In this document: positions 53,666 through 60,759 of the stretch, piece after piece
Numbering within the stretch: the stretch's first letter is position 1
Layout: each line of letters starts with the position of its first letter
From: a bacterium
GTDB lineage: Bacteria > J088 > JAWLBW01
DNA: 64,000 bases
Assembly: GCA_041690355.1 (NCBI GenBank)
Contig: JAWLHK010000003.1
Span: forward strand, 173,428-237,427
Direction of reading: 5' to 3'
Notes under the pieces: generated by a model
What the model was told of the DNA's origin: nothing
The model's input: only the letters and a program-made list of their open reading frames with translations
Database searches by the model: none
Program-made: the position numbers and the translations under genes

Positions 53666-54447
53666 GCGAAACGACTCTGCTGGTCATCGACATCGGCAAT
53701 ACGAACACGGTCCTCGGCGTCTACCGCGGCGAGCGGCTCGAACATCACTGGCGCCTGACCACGCGGGCCGAAGGCACCGTCGATGAATACGGCAGCATGA
53801 TTCGCCACCTCGTGGCCATGGCCGGACTCGATCACCGCGCCATCGAAGGAACGGCCATCAGCAGCGTCGTGCCGCCCCTGACCGGCGTGCTCGAGCGTGT
53901 CTGCCAGACGTACTTCGACCAGAAGCCGCTGACCGTCGGACCGGGCGTCAAGACGGGCATCGCCATTCTCTACGACAACCCGAAAGAGGTCGGCGCCGAT
54001 CGCATCGTCAATGCCGTGGCCGCGGCCGAGCGCTACGGCGGTGATCTGATCATCGTCGACTTCGGAACGGCCACTACCTTCGACTGCGTGAGCGGCGACG
54101 GCGAATACCTGGGCGGCGTCATCGCCCCCGGCATGGGGATCTCCATGGAGGCGCTCTTCAAGAACGCCTCGAAGCTCCCGCGCGTCGAACTCGTGCGGCC
54201 GAAGTCGGTCATCGGCAAGACGACGGTGCAGAGCATGCAGGCGGGTATCATTTTCGGTTACGCCGGTCTGGTCGAAGGCATCGTGCGGCGGCTGAAACGG
54301 GAGTTCAAGACCCCTCCGCGCGTCATCGCCACCGGGGGCCTTTCGACGCTTATCGCCCGCGAGTCCGACGTCGTCGACGAGATTGACGAATACCTCACCC
54401 TGGATGGCCTTCGCCTGCTCTACGAGCGGAATCGGAAAGAGCGTTAA
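53662..54447 (+). CDS. coaX: Type III pantothenate kinase
   Basis: IDIGNTN, ISSVVP, VGADR, DFGTATT, GGVIAPG, ATGG. Confidence 0.96.
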   Translation: MSETTLLVIDIGNTNTVLGVYRGERLEHHWRLTTRAEGTVDEYGSMIRHLVAMAGLDHRAIEGTAISSVVPPLTGVLERVCQTYFDQKPLTVGPGVKTGIAILYDNPKEVGADRIVNAVAAAERYGGDLIIVDFGTATTFDCVSGDGEYLGGVIAPGMGISMEALFKNASKLPRVELVRPKSVIGKTTVQSMQAGIIFGYAGLVEGIVRRLKREFKTPPRVIATGGLSTLIARESDVVDEIDEYLTLDGLRLLYERNRKER

Positions 54448-54519
54448 CTACCGGGACCTGTTTGACTTTTGGCGTTCCGGAACGGTAAGCTTTACCGTTG
54501 CCGGCGCGGCGTCACGACC

Positions 54520-55410
54520 ATGCGACTCATTGACGAACTTCTCAAGGACGATTTCTTCCACGGCGGCTACCAACCGGTACCCGAAGCCCCCGCTCGGGCC
54601 GACGACGGCGCGCGCGGCCGGGCCGGACTGGTCGCGGCGGTCGCGGCGGTGTTTCTCCTGCTGGGCGGCGGCGCTGGCGGCGCATGGTACTTTCTGTTGC
54701 GCCCGGGCGCAGTCGAGAGCGTGCCCGCGCTAACCACCGCCGGCGCGCTTTCGGACACGGGCACTCACGACGACGCTCCTCTGCCCACGACGTTCACCGC
54801 GGCGGCCACCGATGCTGCCCTGGCCGAGGCCATGACGGCCCCCGTGACGGCGGCTGCCGTCACCCGGCCGACCGAACAGACTCCGTCGCCGGCGGCCGCG
54901 AACCCGGTACCGCAGGAAGCGCCTGTGCAGACGGCTTCGAAGCCTGTCGAACCGTCTGAGCTCTGGGTGCTCGCCTTTCCCACCCTCGTGAACGCAGGCG
55001 AAGTCGAGCGCATCAAGCGTATGCTTGCCGAAAGCCGGATCGAGGCGCGAGTCAACGAAACGCGGGCCCGCGCCAATGTGTACAAGGTCGTGTCTTCGGC
55101 GCCGGTCGCCGCGGCCGATCTGGAAGAGACCCGGCACAAGGCGAATCAGGCCAAGCTCCCTTTTCGCGAGACGCCGGCCGCAGACGACACCTTCGCTTTC
55201 GATCTCGGCACCTATTCGGCCGACGATGCAGCCCAGGTGCTCGCGCTCGCGGGTCGCATCGGCCTCGGCGCACGGCTCGAGCCGACGACCGCATTCATCC
55301 CGGCCTGGGAAATCGAGGCCGGCTCTTATCCCGCGCAGTCGGCAGCCGACCGCGCCGCCGGACTGCTTACCGCTTCAGGACTTGACGTCAAAGTGAGACA
55401 GGTGCGCTGA
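54520..55410 (+). CDS. Bitopic membrane protein with Ala/Pro/Thr linker and SPOR-like C-terminal region
   Basis: One TM helix (LVAAVAAVFLLLGGGAGGAWYF), low-complexity linker, WEIEAGSYPAQSAADRAAGLL beta-alpha-beta pattern. Confidence 0.55.
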   Translation: MRLIDELLKDDFFHGGYQPVPEAPARADDGARGRAGLVAAVAAVFLLLGGGAGGAWYFLLRPGAVESVPALTTAGALSDTGTHDDAPLPTTFTAAATDAALAEAMTAPVTAAAVTRPTEQTPSPAAANPVPQEAPVQTASKPVEPSELWVLAFPTLVNAGEVERIKRMLAESRIEARVNETRARANVYKVVSSAPVAAADLEETRHKANQAKLPFRETPAADDTFAFDLGTYSADDAAQVLALAGRIGLGARLEPTTAFIPAWEIEAGSYPAQSAADRAAGLLTASGLDVKVRQVR

Positions 55411-56528
55411 TGCTGCCCCTTCGCAACGATTTACCGCTCTCGGCCGAGGCCCGCAAGTTTCTCGTCCCTGCCCCCGAGCCGGCGCGCATGATGGCCGCCC
55501 GCGGCCTCGCCCCCCTGGCGCCGGTCGAGCTGCTGCAGGTACAGGTTCTCCTGAGCGAAGACGAGGCCCCCTCCGTGGCCCAGGCCGCGGCCCAGAGCCT
55601 GCAGGGCCTTCCCGAGAGCATGTTTCTGGCTGCCATCCCGTCGATTTCGGACGGCTCGATTCTCGACCGCATCGCCCGCTGCCCGCTGACGGCGAAAGCG
55701 AAAGAAGCCCTGCTGCTCAACCGTGCCGTCGCCGACGAGACCCTCGTTCACGTCGCAACCGCCGAAAAAGACGACAAGGTACTCGACATTCTCGCCGGCA
55801 ACCAGGCGCGTATGATGAACCATGCGCCCATTGCTGAGGCCATGCTCGAGAACCCGCACGTGTCGTTCGCGACCAAGCGACGCCTCGAGGAATTCTTTCT
55901 GAACGACTACGCCGCACGCATTCTCGACCCGGGCCAGGAAGCACCGCAGGAGGCAGCCGACACCCTGGCTGCCGATTTCGCCGCGGCCCTTGCCGTCGCT
56001 CCCGCCGGCGGCGTCGCCGAAGTCGAGGCCCTCAGTCCCGAAGAGCTCGCCCGGGAACTGCTGGAAGAGAAACCCGACGACGCGCCCGCAGCCCCGGTCG
56101 AAGAGGCCAAGAAGAACAGCCTCTACAAGACCATCATCGATATGAAGGTCTCGGGCAAGATCAAGCTCGCCCTCAAGGGGAATAAAGAAGCACGCAGCAT
56201 CCTGATCAAGGATGCGAACAAGCTGGTTTCGGGCAGTGTCCTCAAGAATCCGCGCATTTCCGACGGCGAAGTCGTGGCCGTCGCCAACTCCAAGAGCGCC
56301 AGTGAAGATCTGCTCCGGATCATCGCAGCGAACTCGCAGTGGATGTCTCTCTATGCGATCCGGTCGGGACTCGTGCACAATTCGAAGACCCCGCCGGCCA
56401 TCGCCATGAAGCTTCTGCCGACCCTCAGCGACGCCGAAATTGCAAAGCTGACCAAGAGCAAGGGGGTCTCCGGTGCGGTCTCGACCGCTGCCAAACGACT
56501 GATGAACGCGAAGGCGAAAAGGAAGTGA
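55410..56528 (+). CDS. Conserved hypothetical alpha-helical repeat (LRV/HEAT-like) protein
   Basis: Repeated NP-type turns between helices (ENPHV, KNPRI, HNSKTP); KIKLALKGNKEARSIL; acidic central linker; basic C-terminal half. Confidence 0.65.
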   Translation: MLPLRNDLPLSAEARKFLVPAPEPARMMAARGLAPLAPVELLQVQVLLSEDEAPSVAQAAAQSLQGLPESMFLAAIPSISDGSILDRIARCPLTAKAKEALLLNRAVADETLVHVATAEKDDKVLDILAGNQARMMNHAPIAEAMLENPHVSFATKRRLEEFFLNDYAARILDPGQEAPQEAADTLAADFAAALAVAPAGGVAEVEALSPEELARELLEEKPDDAPAAPVEEAKKNSLYKTIIDMKVSGKIKLALKGNKEARSILIKDANKLVSGSVLKNPRISDGEVVAVANSKSASEDLLRIIAANSQWMSLYAIRSGLVHNSKTPPAIAMKLLPTLSDAEIAKLTKSKGVSGAVSTAAKRLMNAKAKRK

Positions 56529-56534
56529 GAGCCC

Positions 56535-57494
56535 ATGGCGCTGCTCAATTATAAGAAAAAAGAGATCAACGCCAAGATCGTTTATTACGGTCCGGGCCTC
56601 TCGGGTAAGACCACCAACATCCAGCACATCCACACCAAGCTGCGTCCCGAGCACAGGGGCAAGCTGATGACGCTGGCCACGCAGACCGACCGGACGCTCT
56701 TCTTCGACTTCCTGCCGGTCGAGCTCGGCGAAATCCGCGGACTCAAGACCCGCTTTCAGATCTATACCGTACCCGGCCAGGTCTTCTACAACGCGACCCG
56801 CAAGCTCGTCCTCAAGAATGTCGACGGCGTCGTGTTCGTCGCCGACAGCGATCCCGCGCACCTGGCCGACAACCTCGAGAGCCTGCGCAACCTCGAGCAG
56901 AACCTGCAGCATCATGGCAAGAACATCCGTACGCTGCCGGTCATCATCCAGTACAATAAGCGCGACCTTCCGAACGCCATGCCGATCGAGGAGCTCGAGG
57001 CGAAACTCAACAGCTTCGGACTCCCATATACCGAAGCCTCGGCCGGACTTGGCAAAGGGGTGCTCGATACCCTGACCCGGATCTCCAAGCTCGTCCTGCA
57101 ATCTCTGCGCGATACGCAGAACATCACGAAAATCGAAGAGGCTGCAGGCAAGGCGGGCGTTAACGCACCAGACCCCGGCATGCTCGAGAGCGACGCCGCC
57201 CTCGAAAGCCCCATTGCCGCCGATGATGATGAGCTCGAAATGGAAGTCGAGCTCGAAGACCCGGATGCCGAGACGGCCCTCGAGATTGAAGAGGAACTCG
57301 ACGAAGGAGAGCAGGAAAACGTCTTGCTCGGGGCAGAGGACCGTACGGCCCCGCCGACGCTCGAGCTGAAAGGAATCGTCGAGTCGAAGGTCACGGGTCC
57401 GACCACGCTCGAACTCACCCTGGCGTTTCTGACCCCTTCGGGCGAGCAGGAAGTCACCCTGCAGGTCGACCTGCGCGCGCTGGCTCCCCGCTGA
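56535..57494 (+). CDS. mglA: MglA-family small GTPase with a C-terminal extension of about 125 aa
   Basis: KIVYYGPGLSGKTTN, DRTLFFDF, TVPGQVFY, DGVVFVADS, QYNKRDL; no mglB adjacent, so possibly a paralog. Confidence 0.85.
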   Translation: MALLNYKKKEINAKIVYYGPGLSGKTTNIQHIHTKLRPEHRGKLMTLATQTDRTLFFDFLPVELGEIRGLKTRFQIYTVPGQVFYNATRKLVLKNVDGVVFVADSDPAHLADNLESLRNLEQNLQHHGKNIRTLPVIIQYNKRDLPNAMPIEELEAKLNSFGLPYTEASAGLGKGVLDTLTRISKLVLQSLRDTQNITKIEEAAGKAGVNAPDPGMLESDAALESPIAADDDELEMEVELEDPDAETALEIEEELDEGEQENVLLGAEDRTAPPTLELKGIVESKVTGPTTLELTLAFLTPSGEQEVTLQVDLRALAPR

Positions 57495-57582
57495 CCCTCC
57501 CCTTCCGACGACGCCACGACGCGCCCTGCAGCCGCCTGAAAACGCGCCTTGCGGACGCTCGGGGGAACACTGAAACGCCCTG

Positions 57583-58122
57583 CTACTGCGACAGCCGGCT
57601 GAGCTGGTTCATGTGCCGGCCTGAAGCCAGAACGTCGCGCGAGCGCTCGTCGAGCCCCACATGCCGCGCCGTCCAGAGCCCCGAGGGGGCCTGCTCGAAC
57701 AGGCCGACCGCCGCCGGATAGTCGAAGCGCCGCGGTCCGGCGCTCGCCGGATTGAAGAACCACGTCTCGCCGCGCTGTTCGTTGTGCGGCAGGTGCGAGT
57801 GGCCGAACACCACGACATCCGCCGGTTGCTCGCGCAGGGCGCCGGCAACCTCGGGGCGAAGGCGCCAGGGCCTGTCGAGAATGTGAGTGAGAAAGAATTG
57901 CAGGCCGCCGAGCGTAACCCGGGCAAATTCGCCTGCGTCTCCGCAGCGGAAACCATCGATGTTCCCGGCCACGGCCGTCACCGGTGCGAGCGCGCGCAGC
58001 TCGAGCAGGATGTCGGCGTCGCCGATGTCGCCGGCGTGCAGGATGTGATCGACACCGTCGAAAACGTCGAACACGGCGGGAGCCAATACACCATGCGTGT
58101 CGGAGATGACGCCGATTCTCAT
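57583..58122 (-). CDS. YfcE/YsnB-like metallophosphoesterase
   Basis: ISDTH, HAGD, GNID, FGHSH, FNP motifs. Confidence 0.9.
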   Translation of the reverse strand: MRIGVISDTHGVLAPAVFDVFDGVDHILHAGDIGDADILLELRALAPVTAVAGNIDGFRCGDAGEFARVTLGGLQFFLTHILDRPWRLRPEVAGALREQPADVVVFGHSHLPHNEQRGETWFFNPASAGPRRFDYPAAVGLFEQAPSGLWTARHVGLDERSRDVLASGRHMNQLSRLSQ

Positions 58123-58230
58123 GGATACAGCCTACCCGATTTCTTCGCTCCCGCCACGCCCCTTGTCCACCGCCGGCTAATCCGCCGCCGGCTCTTGGCA
58201 GTTTTATCCGACAGGGCTCATGCTGGCTTC

Positions 58231-58740
58231 ATGCGCCGGACCCTGCCCCTGATTCTCATGGTTCTGCTGCTGCCGGCGGTGGCCCCCGAAGCGCTGGGCC
58301 AGGCGGCTGACCGCGAACAGGCAAACGAACGCCTCGTTCGCGCCATGTTCAACGACACCCTGAACGAAAAGCGCTTCGTCCAGGCCGAGCGGTTTTACTC
58401 GCCTTGGGTCATTCAGCATAACGCCGTGGCCGGGGGCGAGACCGTTAGCCTGCCGCAGCTCGTGCAGTCGTTCGAGCTTCTTCAACAGGGCTTTCCCGAC
58501 TACCGCTTTGAAATCCGCGAGGTGGTAAGCGAACGCAACAAGGTCGTCGTACGCTATATCTTCAACGGCACCCATCGCGGAACGTTTATGGGGGTGGAGC
58601 CGACCAACCGGGCCGTATCGATCTGGGGTGTCGGATGGTACCGGGTCGAAGGCGGGAAGATCCGCGAAACCTGGGGCAGCCCCGTAAGCGCAAGTCTTCT
58701 GGGCGCCATCGGCGGTCTACGCACCCCCTCAAGCGGCTGA
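58231..58740 (+). CDS. Secreted SnoaL/NTF2-like ester cyclase
   Basis: Signal peptide; FPDYRF, KVVVR, GTHRGTFMGVEPT, GGKIRETW. Confidence 0.82.
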   Translation: MRRTLPLILMVLLLPAVAPEALGQAADREQANERLVRAMFNDTLNEKRFVQAERFYSPWVIQHNAVAGGETVSLPQLVQSFELLQQGFPDYRFEIREVVSERNKVVVRYIFNGTHRGTFMGVEPTNRAVSIWGVGWYRVEGGKIRETWGSPVSASLLGAIGGLRTPSSG

Positions 58741-59871
58741 GGCGCGGCGGCCCGGCCTGCCGCCTTGCGTCAGATGGCGCATGGCCTGGTCGAGCCCGTC
58801 GAGCGAAAGCGGATACATCGCAAAAATATTCCCCACAATCTGGGCGCTCTGCCCCGAAAGCAGGCGTTCGGCGCCGAGAACCGGGTTCAGCCAGACCGAA
58901 CGGGAGAAGGCCGTCTGCAGGCGCTGCAGCCAGATCACACCGGGGTCTGCATTCGCCGGCCCCTCGATGGCCCCCTTGGGCCAGAGCAGCTCACGCGGAT
59001 TCATGTGCGCGTCGCCAACCGCGACGAGCCAGTGATCTTCGCCCAGGCGCAGCAGTTCTTCGGTCTCGACCGGAACCCGGCGCTCGATGTCGGCGTAGAC
59101 CTGCTGGTACGGGCAGTTGTGAAAGTAGTAGGCGCGCAGATCCCGCACCTGCCCGGCCACAGCCGAGAACAACCGGTTGACCAGCGTGGCGTGCGGCGTC
59201 ATGGTGCCGCCCGCATCCATGAGCAGAACGAGGCGCACCCGGTTACGCTTCGGGCGTCGGAACACGAGATCGATTTCGCCCCCGTTGCGCGATGTCTCGC
59301 GGATGGTGGCCTCCAGATCCAGCTCATCGGCCGGACCGTCGGGGAGCATGCGGCGCAGGCGGCCGAGCGCCACCCGCAGGCTGCGGGTGTCGAGCACGAC
59401 GTCGGAGCGGTAGTTGCGAAACCTGCGCTTGCGCGCGACGAGCAGCGCCGACTCCCGCCCCCCTTCTCCCTCTGTGCGGATGGGGCCCTCGATATCGCGC
59501 TCGGCCTCGGCGACCATGCGCAGGACGGCGTCGCGGTGCTCGTAGAGCATGGCGAGAAGTTCGGGGGGCAGTTCGATGCCCAGAGCCCGCAGCGAGTCGC
59601 CCGAAAAGTCGGTCAGGCCCTGGAGAAACCGCTCCGTATCGGTGGCGGCGCGAGCGGGCGCCAAACCTGCGTCGCCGAAGGCGTCGGCAAAGGCTTCGTC
59701 GTAGCGGTCGTACAGCGTCTCGTGCTTGACGCACAGGGCGCGCGCGGTGGAGTAAAGCACGTCGAGCGAAGGGCGCGGATGGTGCCGAAGCACCTCGCAC
59801 ACGCCGAGCCACTCGGTAGGACCGACGGCAATCCCGCGCCCGCGCAGGGCGAAGAAGAAGCCGAGGAACAT
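58729..59871 (-). CDS. VWA-domain protein (MoxR partner)
   Basis: ELDLEATIRET, LLMDAGGTM MIDAS-like motif, YYFHNC, VGDA, VWLNP. Confidence 0.85.
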   Translation of the reverse strand: MFLGFFFALRGRGIAVGPTEWLGVCEVLRHHPRPSLDVLYSTARALCVKHETLYDRYDEAFADAFGDAGLAPARAATDTERFLQGLTDFSGDSLRALGIELPPELLAMLYEHRDAVLRMVAEAERDIEGPIRTEGEGGRESALLVARKRRFRNYRSDVVLDTRSLRVALGRLRRMLPDGPADELDLEATIRETSRNGGEIDLVFRRPKRNRVRLVLLMDAGGTMTPHATLVNRLFSAVAGQVRDLRAYYFHNCPYQQVYADIERRVPVETEELLRLGEDHWLVAVGDAHMNPRELLWPKGAIEGPANADPGVIWLQRLQTAFSRSVWLNPVLGAERLLSGQSAQIVGNIFAMYPLSLDGLDQAMRHLTQGGRPGRRASAA

Positions 59872-59873
59872 GG

Positions 59874-60698
59874 TCAGCCGGCCGGCGGCTGGAGTTGCCG
59901 GAGGGCGAGTTCCAGATCGGGCGACGTCTTGAGCAGCGCACCCAGGTTGGGGATGCCGCCGTGAAGGTCGCCCGGTTCAATTCCCTTGTGCATGAGGATG
60001 CGCAGCCAGTCGATGAGTTCGCTCGTGGCGGGCTTCTTGCGCAGGTTCATCTCGCGAACGGCATAGAAGCGCTCGAGGGCAGCCGTCAGCATGGCCTCGG
60101 CGAGATCGGGAAAGTGCACGCGCACGATGCGCGCCATCGCGTCGCGATCGGGAAAGGCGAGAAAGTGAAAGACGCAGCGCCTGAGAAAGGCGTCGGGAAG
60201 TTCTTTTTCGCTGTTGCTGGTCACGACGACCATCGGGCGCACGCGCGCCTCGATTTCGTCACCCGTTTCGGTGACGCGAAAGCGCATGCGGTCCAGTTCG
60301 TAGAGCAGATCGTTCGGGAACTCGAGGTCGGCCTTGTCGATCTCATCAATCAGAAGAACGACCCGCTGCTCCGACTGCAGGGCCAGGCCCAGCGGCCCCA
60401 TGCGGATGTAGCGCCGGATGTCGCGAACGTCCCCCTCGCCGAAGCGGGCGTCGTTCAAGCGTTGCACGGTATCGTACACGTACAGGCCGTCCTGCGCCTT
60501 CGACGTGCTCTTCACGTTCCACTCGTACAACGGCATCCCCAGCGACTCGGCGATGCGCGCGGCGAGCACGGTCTTGCCCGTCCCCGGTTCTCCCTTCAGA
60601 AGCAGCGGGCGCCCCAGCAGGAGCGCGGCATTGACGTCGTCGATGAGCCCGGGCCCCGCGATATAGGCGTTGTGTCCTTGAAACTGCATGCCATCCAT
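59874..60698 (-). CDS. MoxR-family AAA+ ATPase
   Basis: GEPGTGKT, LLIDEIDKAD, TSNSEKELPDAFLRRC; start is 60698 or 60689. Confidence 0.92.
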   Translation of the reverse strand: MDGMQFQGHNAYIAGPGLIDDVNAALLLGRPLLLKGEPGTGKTVLAARIAESLGMPLYEWNVKSTSKAQDGLYVYDTVQRLNDARFGEGDVRDIRRYIRMGPLGLALQSEQRVVLLIDEIDKADLEFPNDLLYELDRMRFRVTETGDEIEARVRPMVVVTSNSEKELPDAFLRRCVFHFLAFPDRDAMARIVRVHFPDLAEAMLTAALERFYAVREMNLRKKPATSELIDWLRILMHKGIEPGDLHGGIPNLGALLKTSPDLELALRQLQPPAG

Positions 60699-60701
60699 CA
60701 G

Positions 60702-60732
60702 AAAAAAAGCGGGCGGAGACCTGCTCCGCCCG
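60702..60732 (-). terminator. Terminator after the OmpA-domain gene
   Basis: Minus strand CGGGCGGAG-loop-CTCCGCCCG-C-T7. Confidence 0.85.
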
Positions 60733-60759
60733 GAAACATAATCGCTCGGTCCCGCCGGT

